From an uncultured Bacillota bacterium (GTDB lineage: Bacteria; Sysuimicrobiota; Sysuimicrobiia; Sysuimicrobiales; Segetimicrobiaceae), in assembly GCA_963804645.1 (NCBI GenBank), contig CAWDRG010000009.1, positions 640,001-704,000 of the forward strand: DNA of 64,000 nucleotides, given 5' to 3'. The notes below the pieces were generated by a model that saw only the letters and a program-made list of their open reading frames with translations, had not been told where the DNA came from and searched no databases. The translations under genes and the position numbers were made by a program. This document shows, in pieces, positions 29,988-39,400 of the stretch (its first letter is position 1; every line of letters begins with the position of its first letter).

Positions 29988-31229
29988 TCAGGCGAGGTGC
30001 GCGCGGTGCAGGACGGCGTAGATCGCCCCCATGAGCTGCCCGATGTGGTCGTCGTTGCGGCCCGGGATCGAGGTGGGCTGGCTGTTGAGGCCCACGGCGA
30101 TGATCGTGCCGGTGGTCGGCACGTAGGCGTAGAGCACGCGGTAGCCGAGCGTTTCCCCCTCGTAGAACCACACGGTGCCCGTCTCGGCCGTCGTCACCTG
30201 CGCCACCCCGAGTCCAAAGCCCCGGGGGTCCCGGAGCGTCGTCGTCACGATCGGGGCGCCGGTGTTGGTCGAGACGATGCGCAGCAGCTCGCGGCGCTGC
30301 GCGGGGGCGAGCGCGGGGCCTTCGTACAGCGCCCGGACCCACGTCGTGAGGTCTTCCATGGTCGAGACCATGCCGCCCGCGCCCTGCGCCCACGACAGGC
30401 TGAGCGCGCTCACGTCCCGGCCGATCAGTGACGCCGCCGGCCGCAGCGACGGATCGTCGTTGAAGTAGTATCCCGCCACCAGGCGCGCCATCACGGCCGG
30501 CGGGTAGTGGCTCGGGCTGTAATACGTCGCCCGCAGGCCGAGCGGCCCGAGCAGCCGGCGGGTCAGCTCGTTCGTGTAGGTGTCGCCGGTGGCCTTCTCG
30601 ACGATCATCTGCGCCATGATGTAGTTGGTGTTGGAATAGACCCAGCCCGGTCCCCGAGGCGGCGCCGGTCCGACCGCCGGGTAGGAGAACGCCACGAGCT
30701 CCGCGGGCGTCCAGTCGGTGTCCGGCCCGCTCCCCAGCGCGCTGATGAACTCCGGCGTGTCGTCGTAGGTGGGAATGCGGGTGGTCATGTCGAGCAGGCT
30801 CCGGATCGACATGTCCTTCCACGCCGGGTACTGCGGCAGCCAGCGGCCGAGGTGGTCGTCGATGCGCAGCGTTCCCTCCGCTTCCAGCTGCAGCAGCATC
30901 ACGGCCGTGAACGCCTTCGTGTTGCTGCCGATCTGAAAGAGGTCGCCGGGCGCGACCGGCGCCCCGCCGCCGATCCGGGTCCGGCCGGCCGTGACGTTGA
31001 TGTTCGTCGAGGCCCCGCGCACGCTGACGCTCAGCGACGCCGCGGAGATGTGCTCGATCGCCGAGCGCGTGGCCAGATAGTGGTCGAGCGTCTGCTGCAG
31101 CGCGGGGAGCACCGCGCGGGTGTCCGCCCCGGCGCCCGAGCTCCGGCCCGGCGCGAGCGTCACCACGAGCAACGCGGCGATCGCGAGCACCGGGGCCAGC
31201 GCCCGGCGGTGGCGCCCGCGGGCGATCAT
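29988..31229 (-). CDS. Secreted serine hydrolase (beta-lactamase/DD-peptidase family)
   Basis: Signal-peptide-like N-terminus, SNTK (SxxK), YSNTNY. Confidence 0.88.
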   Translation of the reverse strand: MIARGRHRRALAPVLAIAALLVVTLAPGRSSGAGADTRAVLPALQQTLDHYLATRSAIEHISAASLSVSVRGASTNINVTAGRTRIGGGAPVAPGDLFQIGSNTKAFTAVMLLQLEAEGTLRIDDHLGRWLPQYPAWKDMSIRSLLDMTTRIPTYDDTPEFISALGSGPDTDWTPAELVAFSYPAVGPAPPRGPGWVYSNTNYIMAQMIVEKATGDTYTNELTRRLLGPLGLRATYYSPSHYPPAVMARLVAGYYFNDDPSLRPAASLIGRDVSALSLSWAQGAGGMVSTMEDLTTWVRALYEGPALAPAQRRELLRIVSTNTGAPIVTTTLRDPRGFGLGVAQVTTAETGTVWFYEGETLGYRVLYAYVPTTGTIIAVGLNSQPTSIPGRNDDHIGQLMGAIYAVLHRAHLA

Positions 31230-32374
31230 GCAACCCCTCCGAGGGCCAGGCTCTGGATGACCGCGCTCGCCTTGAGGCCCGAGCCGGTGAGGATCAGGAC
31301 CGTCGCGCCCTCGAGGGCGCCGTGCGCGCGGCGCAGCTCGGTGAGGCCGGCGTACGCGACTGCGGTGGTGGGCTCGACGAACAGGCCGCGGCGCCCGAGG
31401 TCCGCGAGCGCGCCGGGGATGGCTTCGTCGGCGACGCGGACGATCGTGCCGCCGCTCTCGCGGACCGCCTCGAGCAGCGCCCGCCAGCGCAGCGGCGAGG
31501 CGGTCGCGATCCCCTCGGCGAGGAGGCCGGGCCGCGGCCGCACCGCGGGCAGGTGGTCCAGGTTGCGGTGGAACGCCTCGTAGAGCGGCGCGCACGCGTC
31601 GCTCTGCACCGCGACGAGCGCCGGCAGCCGATGAATGCGTCCGGACGCGAACAGCTCGCGAAATCCCTTCGCCAGCCCGAGCAGCATCGTGCCCTGCCCG
31701 ACCGGCAGCACCACGCGGGCCGGGGCGCCGTCAAGCTGCTCCGCGATTTCGAACGCCGTGGTCTTCAGCCCCTCGGCGTAGTAGGGATCCCACGCGTGGC
31801 TCGCGTAATACGCGTGCTCCGCGGCCGCGATCGCCGCGTCCCCCACGGCGGTGCGATCTCCGGGAACCGGCACCACCTCGGCCCCGTAGGTCCGCATCTG
31901 CGTGAGCTTGGCCGCGGACGCCGCCGCGGGCACGTAGACGGTGCACCGGATCCCGGCAACCGCGCAGTACGCCGCCATCGATGCGCCCGCGTTGCCCGAG
32001 GAGTCTTCGATCACGTGCCGGAGTCCGAGATGGCGGAAGCGCGTCACGACGACCGAGGTCCCGCGGTCCTTGAACGCGCCGGTCGGCGCCTCGTACTCGA
32101 CCTTGGCGTAGAGGCGGTCGGGTTCCCCGCCCACGGGGACGAGCGGAGAGCCGCCCTCGCCGAGCGAGACCGGCTCGACCCCGTCGGGCGCGGGCACGCT
32201 GTCGCGGTACCGCCACAGGCCCTGGCCCGGGCCGGGCCCTGTGAACCGGACGGTGTGCGCCACGCTCAGGAGGCCGCCGCAGCGGCACCGCCACACGCAG
32301 TCCTCGTAATGGTAGGTGGCGCCGCACGATTCGCACCGGCGGTCCCACCGTGCGTCACTCATGTGCTCCTCCAC
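31226..32374 (-). CDS. Threonine synthase-like PLP enzyme
   Basis: N-terminal CxxC..CxCGG, PTGAFKDRG, DSSGNAG, LTGSGLK. Confidence 0.88.
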   Translation of the reverse strand: MEEHMSDARWDRRCESCGATYHYEDCVWRCRCGGLLSVAHTVRFTGPGPGQGLWRYRDSVPAPDGVEPVSLGEGGSPLVPVGGEPDRLYAKVEYEAPTGAFKDRGTSVVVTRFRHLGLRHVIEDSSGNAGASMAAYCAVAGIRCTVYVPAAASAAKLTQMRTYGAEVVPVPGDRTAVGDAAIAAAEHAYYASHAWDPYYAEGLKTTAFEIAEQLDGAPARVVLPVGQGTMLLGLAKGFRELFASGRIHRLPALVAVQSDACAPLYEAFHRNLDHLPAVRPRPGLLAEGIATASPLRWRALLEAVRESGGTIVRVADEAIPGALADLGRRGLFVEPTTAVAYAGLTELRRAHGALEGATVLILTGSGLKASAVIQSLALGGVA

Positions 32375-32491
32375 TCGGAACCTGCGCTGCTCCGCCCCGC
32401 CCCGCTACTTTCGCAGGGACGGCGGGGTCTCCTTGGCGAAGCGCATCAGGCCAGCCCGCGGACTCGCGCCATCCTCGTGAGGTGATCGACC

Positions 32492-33682
32492 GTGGACGAC
32501 CTCAACGCGCTCAAGGACCGCGTCTGCAAGGAAGTGGACGGACTCAGCGGCGATCTCGTCGCGCTCGGCAAGCGGATCTTCGAGCACCCCGAGTTTCAGT
32601 TCGAGGAGCGCCAGGCCTGCGCGTGGCTGACCGAGTTCCTGAAGGCGGCCGGGTTCGCGATGGAGGGCAACATCGCCGGAATGGAGACCGCGTTTCGCGG
32701 GACCGTCCGCGGCTCGCGGGCGCGCCCGCACGTGGCGCTGCTCGCGGAGTACGACGCGCTGCGCGGGCTCGGCCACGCGTGCGGCCACAACCTGATCTGC
32801 ACCGCCAGCGTCGGCGCGGCGGTCGCGCTGCACCGCGCCGTGCCCTCGCTGCCCGGGACGCTGACGATCCTCGGCACCCCCGCCGAGGAGGGCGGCGGCG
32901 GCAAGGTGATCATGGCCGAGGCGGGCATCTTCGAGGGCATGGACGCCGTGATGATGTTTCACCCGTCGCGCTCGAACTGGTGGGCGCGCGGCGCGCTCGC
33001 GTCGCAGCGCCTCACGGTCAAGTTCCACGGCAAGTCCTCGCACGCGGCCGCGATGCCGGAGCGCGGCATCAACGCGCTGAACGCCCTTCTCCTCACGTTT
33101 CACGCGATCGACTCCCTCCGCCAGCACGTGACGAGCGACGTGCGCATCCATGGGATCGTCACCAAGGGCGGCGACGCGCCGAACGTCGTGCCCGAGTACG
33201 CGGAAGGGCGGTTCAGCATACGCGCGGCGACGCGCAGCGCCCAGCGGGAGGTCATGGTGAAGGTGAAGCGGTGCGCGGAGGGTGCGGCGATCGCGACCGG
33301 CGCCCGGGTGGAGATGGAGACCGGCCACACCTACGCGGAGCGCAACAACAGCCCGGTGCTCGTCGGGTTCTTCGGGGAGAACCTCGCCCGGCTCGGCGTC
33401 GAGGGCGAGGAGCCGCCGAAGTCGGGCGGCATCGGGTCCTCGGACATCGGCAACGTCAGCATGATCTGCCCGACGATCCATCCGTACCTCTCGATCGTCG
33501 ACGGCGACGTGGCCGGCCACACTCCTGAGTTTCGAGAGGCGGCCGGCTCGGACCAGGGGTACCGCGCGATGCTGAACGCGGCGAAGGGGCTGGCGATGAC
33601 GACCCTCGACGTGATGTACCGGCCGGGCGCCGCCGACACCGCCTGGACGGCGTTTCGGGCGAGCGTCGGCGCGGCGACCTGA
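32492..33682 (+). CDS. Peptidase M20 family amidohydrolase, paralogue of 18967-20148
   Basis: Same motifs and colinear sequence. Confidence 0.9.
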   Translation: MDDLNALKDRVCKEVDGLSGDLVALGKRIFEHPEFQFEERQACAWLTEFLKAAGFAMEGNIAGMETAFRGTVRGSRARPHVALLAEYDALRGLGHACGHNLICTASVGAAVALHRAVPSLPGTLTILGTPAEEGGGGKVIMAEAGIFEGMDAVMMFHPSRSNWWARGALASQRLTVKFHGKSSHAAAMPERGINALNALLLTFHAIDSLRQHVTSDVRIHGIVTKGGDAPNVVPEYAEGRFSIRAATRSAQREVMVKVKRCAEGAAIATGARVEMETGHTYAERNNSPVLVGFFGENLARLGVEGEEPPKSGGIGSSDIGNVSMICPTIHPYLSIVDGDVAGHTPEFREAAGSDQGYRAMLNAAKGLAMTTLDVMYRPGAADTAWTAFRASVGAAT

Positions 33683-33701
33683 GTCCCGCGGAGCGCACCC
33701 G

Positions 33702-35168
33702 CTAGGCGGATCCGCGCGGCGCCGGCATCGGGGGGCGCCGGGTGTGCCAGTCCGTCGCGTCCTGGAACGCGCGGCCGAGATCGATCAGCGTCGCGTCCTC
33801 GAACGGTCCTCCCACCAACTGGACCGCGGCCGGCAGGCCCGAGGTGCTGAAGCCGCAGGGCAGCGACAGCCCCGGCAGCCCCGCCAGATTCCCCGCGGGG
33901 GTGAGCGCGGCGTTGCCGCGCGCCGGCGGGAACGCCGGACCGGTGCGGGGCCGTTTGCCCGCGCGCGCCGGCCGCCACTCCGGATCGATCGGCTCGTCGA
34001 CCCGCGGCGCGGGACCCGGACGGGCCGGGGCGAGCAGGACGTCGACCTCGGTGAAGATGTGGGCGAACGCCTCCTGCAGCAGCCGGCGGACGCGCATCGC
34101 GTTCAGGTAGTCCCGGGCGGACACCTCGAGGCCCGCGACGAGGCCGAGCGCCTGCCGCTGGTCGGCCAGGTCCTTGAGGCGCGGGCTGTCGATCAGGTCC
34201 TGGAAGATCGTCGATCCCTCGGCGCGGATGACGATCCTCGCCGCTGAATCGATCGGCAGCGGCGGGAGCGACACCTGGCGGAGACGCACCCCGAGCCGGC
34301 GGAACTCCCGGACCGCCCCGTTGAGCGCGTCCCGGATCGACGGGTGGGCGGTCTCGTCGAAGTCCACCGGCGCGTAGCCGACGCGCAGCTCCGACGGTTT
34401 GCGGGGTCGCCGGTGCATCTCGAACCCGCGTCCGGCCGTTCCCGGGTCGCGCGGGTCGCCGCCCGCGATCGCCTCGAGCACGAGCCCGCAGTCCTCCGCG
34501 GTGCGGCACATCGGGCCGATCTTGTCCATCGTCCAGGCAAGCGCCATCGCGCCGTAGCGGCTCACGAGGCCGTAGGTCGGGCGCAGGCCGGTCACGCCGC
34601 AACTCGACGACGGCGAGAGGATCGAGCCCGAGGTCTCCGAGCCGATGCCGAACGGGACCATGCCGCCGCCCACCGCGGCCCCGGTGCCGCTCGAGGAGCC
34701 GCCGGTCCAGTGGTCGCGATTCCACGGGTTGCGCGCCGGTCCCGTCAGCGACGCCGACGGCCACCGATAGCCCCCTCCGCCCGCCAGTTCGATCATCGCC
34801 AGCTTGGCAGCGAGCACGGCTCCGGCACGTCGAAGCGACGTAATCACCGCGGCGTCGTAGTCGAAGATCTGCCGGGCAAATGGCGGCGCCCCCCAGGTTG
34901 TCGGGACGCCGCGGAGCGCCAGCAGGTCCTTCGCGCCGTACGGAATGCCGGTGAGGGGGCCTGCGCCGCGGGCGGCCCGCAGCCGGCGGTCGGCGGCCCG
35001 GGCCTCGCGCAGCGCGTGCTCGGGGAGCATCCGCGCGACGGCGTGGTAGCTCCGTCCCACGGTAGACAGGCGGTCGAGCGCGAGCCGCGTCAGTTCCATG
35101 GAGGAGATGCGCCGGCGCCGGAGCGCGCGGTGGAGCTCGCCGATCGTGGCGTACAGCGGATCGTTCAC
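33702..35168 (-). CDS. Amidase signature (GatA-like) enzyme
   Basis: GAKD, GGSSSG, GSETSGSI; GTG start at 35168. Confidence 0.88.
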   Translation of the reverse strand: MNDPLYATIGELHRALRRRRISSMELTRLALDRLSTVGRSYHAVARMLPEHALREARAADRRLRAARGAGPLTGIPYGAKDLLALRGVPTTWGAPPFARQIFDYDAAVITSLRRAGAVLAAKLAMIELAGGGGYRWPSASLTGPARNPWNRDHWTGGSSSGTGAAVGGGMVPFGIGSETSGSILSPSSSCGVTGLRPTYGLVSRYGAMALAWTMDKIGPMCRTAEDCGLVLEAIAGGDPRDPGTAGRGFEMHRRPRKPSELRVGYAPVDFDETAHPSIRDALNGAVREFRRLGVRLRQVSLPPLPIDSAARIVIRAEGSTIFQDLIDSPRLKDLADQRQALGLVAGLEVSARDYLNAMRVRRLLQEAFAHIFTEVDVLLAPARPGPAPRVDEPIDPEWRPARAGKRPRTGPAFPPARGNAALTPAGNLAGLPGLSLPCGFSTSGLPAAVQLVGGPFEDATLIDLGRAFQDATDWHTRRPPMPAPRGSA

Positions 35169-35359
35169 GGCAGCGTCCTGAACACGGAGGCCGGTTCGAG
35201 CGCGACCGCGATCGGGGCCTCGCGCAGGGTCCGGCCGGATAGGCCCTGCAGGCGGATCACCTCGCGGAGTTCTCCGCCCGCGGCGGGCCGCGCGCGGCGC
35301 GCGGGTCTGCGCCTGCGGGTGAGGGGCTTCGGTGCGCGTGAGCGTCGGCGTGTCGTCAT
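35165..35359 (-). CDS. Small basic amidase-associated protein
   Basis: 64 aa ending LEPASVFRTLP; GTGA overlap with the amidase start. Confidence 0.5.
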   Translation of the reverse strand: MTTRRRSRAPKPLTRRRRPARRARPAAGGELREVIRLQGLSGRTLREAPIAVALEPASVFRTLP

Positions 35360-35653
35360 GCCGGTTCACTACTACGCCGCGGTGGCGTTGTCCTATGCCC
35401 GCGGCTCTGAGCGTCCTCGGGTGCCGGCGTTCGCGAGACCCTGCGCTATACTGAAGGGTGAATTGACAGCCACCGCGGAACTGTCGTCGTCGAGACCGCC
35501 CTCGCCCGCCACACGCGAGGCACCCTGCCGCGCTCGGCTGGGTTAGACCCCGTGCCGCTCGCGTCGGCCCACCGACGTCCTCGCGCGCCGCGGGGATCGC
35601 GGGGCGCGCCGGATCCGCCGTGGGCTGACGCCGGAGAGGAAGGATCCCGAGCC

Positions 35654-37273
35654 GTGGCCATCGCGTGGTACAGGACGAAGTGGTTCCGGGTCGGCGGCAT
35701 CGTCCTCCTGCTCGGGCTGCTCGGGGCCGCCGCGGTGCCGTTGCTCGTCCCGGTCGACCGCGTCAGGCCGATGCTGATCCGGACGCTCGAGGCCAAGATT
35801 CAACGCCCGGTCCAGATCGACGCGGTGCGGCTTCATGTGGTGCCGACGGTGTATCTGCAGGCCATCAACGTCCGGATCGGAAACCCGCCGGGATTCCCGC
35901 AGGGCGACACGGTCCTCGTGAAGTCCGTCGATCTCAACCTTGCGCTGCGCGCGCTGCTGTCGCGCGAGCTGGACATCACGTCCATGACCCTGAGCGGCGT
36001 GCGCATGAATGTGCTCCGAGACACGACCGGGCGAACGAACTTGGAGCTGCATCTCCGAGGGGGCCTGCTGAAGCTTGGTCGCGTGGGCGCGATCGCGGTG
36101 ACGAACGCGGAGATCGCCGTGGCCGGCTTCGACGCGCACACGGGGAAGGTCACACCCCTACTCACGGTGAGCGGAGTGAGCGCCAGCGCGCGTCCCATCG
36201 ATCTGACCGCGCCCGATCCGACGAAGCAGCTCGACGCGACCGCCGTCCTGCGGGGCGCGCAGATCACGACGCCGTTGCTGGCCGCCCCGGTGCGGTTCGA
36301 CGCGGGCACCCTCGTCATCAAGGACGGCGCGGCGCGCGCCACGTTCGCCGCCGCCCTCGGTCCGATGCGCATGACGGGAACGGTCGCGATCGCCGAGCTC
36401 GAGCCACTCTCGGTGATCATGTTCGACGTCGCGGTTCCCGAGCTCGATGTCGCCGGCATGAAGCGGCTCGTGATCCGCGGTGCGCGCGGTGCTTTCGCCG
36501 TCGCGCCGGCTCGGCGCCTCCTCGCGAGCGGTATGATCGCCATTGACCGGGTCGTCCTGTCTCCGCTCGAGGCGACCGGGGTGCGCGGTCGGGTGAGCGT
36601 CTACACGAACGAGATTCAAGTGGCTCCGTATGCGCTCTCCGCCTACGGCGGGACGATCCGGGGCGCGGCCTCGCTGCAGTATACCGCCGCGGGCCTGCCC
36701 GTGGTCGCGACCACGACGGTGCGCGGCCTCAACGTGGCACGGGCGGTGAGCGCCCTCTCGGCCGGGGACGCGAGGCTGACGGGGTCGCTCGACGCGGACC
36801 TCGGGCTGGCGACCGACGCCGGAGGGGATCCCGAGGCGGTCCTGACGGGGGCGGGGACGTTTGCCGTGCGCGACGGCTCGTTCCCGAGACTGGAACTCAA
36901 GGGTGCGATGGTGAAGTTCGCCACGGCGGTGCGCCTGATCACCGTGCCCGCGGGGCCCACGCGGTTCAGCTACCTCGGCGGAGACGTGCGCATCGCGCAC
37001 CGGCGAGTGTACAGCAACGCCATTCGCCTCGATGGGGACGGGCTCGAAGGCACGGTCCGGGGCAGCTTCGGCTTCGATCAGACCCTGGATTACTCGGGGA
37101 CGGGTGCCTTGAGCACTCCGCCATCGGCCCCGTCGAAGGGCGTCCTCTCGGCGGTGGGGCGGCTGCTGCGCAAGGTTGTGCCGGGGACGTCGGGCGCCGC
37201 CGGGAAGCAGGTCGCGTTCTCGGTGCGGGGGACGTTCGACGATCCCAAGTTCTCGCGGGGCGGCGGGCGGTAG
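35654..37273 (+). CDS. AsmA family protein
   Basis: N-terminal TM anchor, beta-rich body, YGG and GSFGFDQTLDY C-terminal pattern; start estimated. Confidence 0.75.
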   Translation: MAIAWYRTKWFRVGGIVLLLGLLGAAAVPLLVPVDRVRPMLIRTLEAKIQRPVQIDAVRLHVVPTVYLQAINVRIGNPPGFPQGDTVLVKSVDLNLALRALLSRELDITSMTLSGVRMNVLRDTTGRTNLELHLRGGLLKLGRVGAIAVTNAEIAVAGFDAHTGKVTPLLTVSGVSASARPIDLTAPDPTKQLDATAVLRGAQITTPLLAAPVRFDAGTLVIKDGAARATFAAALGPMRMTGTVAIAELEPLSVIMFDVAVPELDVAGMKRLVIRGARGAFAVAPARRLLASGMIAIDRVVLSPLEATGVRGRVSVYTNEIQVAPYALSAYGGTIRGAASLQYTAAGLPVVATTTVRGLNVARAVSALSAGDARLTGSLDADLGLATDAGGDPEAVLTGAGTFAVRDGSFPRLELKGAMVKFATAVRLITVPAGPTRFSYLGGDVRIAHRRVYSNAIRLDGDGLEGTVRGSFGFDQTLDYSGTGALSTPPSAPSKGVLSAVGRLLRKVVPGTSGAAGKQVAFSVRGTFDDPKFSRGGGR

Positions 37274-37393
37274 CCGAGCCGGGGCCGCGTCCCAGACGAT
37301 ATCCACATCCCCTCACGCGGGGGCGGCGGACACCACGTACAGACGGCGAGCCGATGTGCGAGACGCGGCGGCGCGGCGCGATGACTGGGGGCT

Positions 37394-39286
37394 GTGATGC
37401 CTGGCACAGGATCTGAGGCTCCCATTCCTTCTCCCCGCGGCGCGACCCTAAGGGCGATGAGCCTCGCCGCCCTGGGTGTCGTGTTCGGCGACATCGGCAC
37501 CAGCCCGCTCTACACCCTGAAGACGGTGCTGAACCTTACCGGCCCGCACCCCGATCCGCCCGTCATCCTCGGCGCCCTGTCGCTGATCATCTGGACCCTG
37601 ATCATCGTGACCAGTCTCAAGTATGTCTCCGTCGCCATGCGGTTCGACAACGAGGGCGAAGGCGGCATTCTCGCGCTCATGGCGCTGCTGGTGCGCAAAC
37701 GCAACCCCGGGCCGGTCGTGCTCGCGGTCGGGCTGCTGGGCGCCGCGCTGCTGTACGGCGACGGCGCGATTACGCCGGCGATCTCCGTCCTGTCCGCGGT
37801 CGAAGGGTTGAACATCATCGCGCCGTCGCTCGGCGCCTACGTCCTGCCGGCGTCCGTGGTGATTCTCGTCGCGCTGTTTTGCTTTCAGCCTCAGGGCACG
37901 GCGCGGATCGGCAGGGCGTTTGGCCCGATCATGCTGGTGTGGTTCGTGGCGATCGGCCTGCTCGGACTCTGGGGCGTCGCGCAGCATCCGTCGGTGATGC
38001 TCGCAATCAATCCGGCGTACGGCCTGTCTTATCTGTTCTCCCACGGGCGGGCCGGGTTTCTCGTGCTCGGCGGCGTGTTTCTCTGCGTGACGGGGGCTGA
38101 GGCGCTGTACGCGGACATGGGGCACTTCGGTGCCGCGCCCATCCGGCTGGCGTGGTCGGCGCTCGTCTTTCCGAGCCTGGTCCTCAACTACGCGGGGCAG
38201 ACCGCGGCCGTCCTCTCGGGCGCGCCCACGTCCGACAACATCTTCTACCGCCTCTGCCCGCCCGCGCTGCTCATCCCGCTCGTTGTCCTCGCGACGGTCG
38301 CGACGATCATCGCCAGCCAGTCGATCATCACCGGCGCCGCGTCGATGACGCGCCAGGCGATCCAGCTCGGGTGGCTGCCGAGGCTGCGCATCACGCAGAC
38401 GTCCGCGGAAGGGTACGGGCAGATCTACGTCGGGACCGTCAACTGGATGCTCATGATCGCCACGTGCGGGCTGGCCATCGGATTTGGCAAGTCGGACAAT
38501 CTCGCGGCCGCGTACGGGATCGCCGTATCGGCCACCATGCTGGCGACCGACGTACTCGTGTTTCTCGCGATGCAGGCGGTCTGGGACTGGAGCCTCGCGA
38601 AGGCGGGCGCCGTCGCCGGCGCGTTTGTCGTGGTGGATCTGTCGTATTTCACGGCCAACCTGGCCAAGGTCGCGTCCGGCGGATACGTGCCGCTCGTGCT
38701 GGCGCTGTTCGTGTACGGCGTCATGCTCATCTGGCATCGCGGCGCGCGGGAGGTGACGGCGCGGCTTGGGGAAGTGGTCATTCCCGTCGGCACGTTCTTG
38801 GAGAAGGTCGCAGAGGGTGGCGTCCCGCGCGTGCCGGGCACGGCCGTCTTCCTGACCCGCACCAGCTTGGATGTGCCGCCCGTCATGATCTGGCACGTTC
38901 GGCACGACCGGGCGCTGCACGAGCGGCTGCTGGTGCTGACGGTCAACACGGAGCCGGTTCCCTACATCCGGGACGCCGCGCGGCTGACGTTCGCGGAGAT
39001 CGCCCCCAACTTCTGGCGCGTCTCCGCCCGCTACGGCTTCATGGAGCGGCCGGATCTTCCGGGCCTCCTGGCGCAGGCCCGGGCCGAAGGGTGCGCGATC
39101 AATTTTTCCGACATCACGTACTACGCTGGGTTTGAGACCATCGTGGCGCGCGACGACGGCATGGGAGTCCCGAAGTGGCTTGAGATGCTGTTTGGCTTCA
39201 TGCAGCGCAACTCCGTCCACGTGAGCGACTACCTGCGGATCCCGTCGGATTCACTGGTCGAGATCGGCCGCCAGGTCGCGATCTAG
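37394..39286 (+). CDS. kup: KUP/HAK/KT potassium uptake protein
   Basis: GVVFGDIGTSPLY, GEGG, ITPAISVLSA, YADMGHFG. Confidence 0.95.
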   Translation: MMPGTGSEAPIPSPRGATLRAMSLAALGVVFGDIGTSPLYTLKTVLNLTGPHPDPPVILGALSLIIWTLIIVTSLKYVSVAMRFDNEGEGGILALMALLVRKRNPGPVVLAVGLLGAALLYGDGAITPAISVLSAVEGLNIIAPSLGAYVLPASVVILVALFCFQPQGTARIGRAFGPIMLVWFVAIGLLGLWGVAQHPSVMLAINPAYGLSYLFSHGRAGFLVLGGVFLCVTGAEALYADMGHFGAAPIRLAWSALVFPSLVLNYAGQTAAVLSGAPTSDNIFYRLCPPALLIPLVVLATVATIIASQSIITGAASMTRQAIQLGWLPRLRITQTSAEGYGQIYVGTVNWMLMIATCGLAIGFGKSDNLAAAYGIAVSATMLATDVLVFLAMQAVWDWSLAKAGAVAGAFVVVDLSYFTANLAKVASGGYVPLVLALFVYGVMLIWHRGAREVTARLGEVVIPVGTFLEKVAEGGVPRVPGTAVFLTRTSLDVPPVMIWHVRHDRALHERLLVLTVNTEPVPYIRDAARLTFAEIAPNFWRVSARYGFMERPDLPGLLAQARAEGCAINFSDITYYAGFETIVARDDGMGVPKWLEMLFGFMQRNSVHVSDYLRIPSDSLVEIGRQVAI

Positions 39287-39400
39287 CCACCCCGGCGCGC
39301 CGGGCCGTCCACGCGCGCGCCACCCCGTCGACGAGGATCTGGCGCGCGCGGCGCGAAGAGCCTAGCGCGGCGGCGCGGTCGGCCAAGCGCCGGCGGGAGG

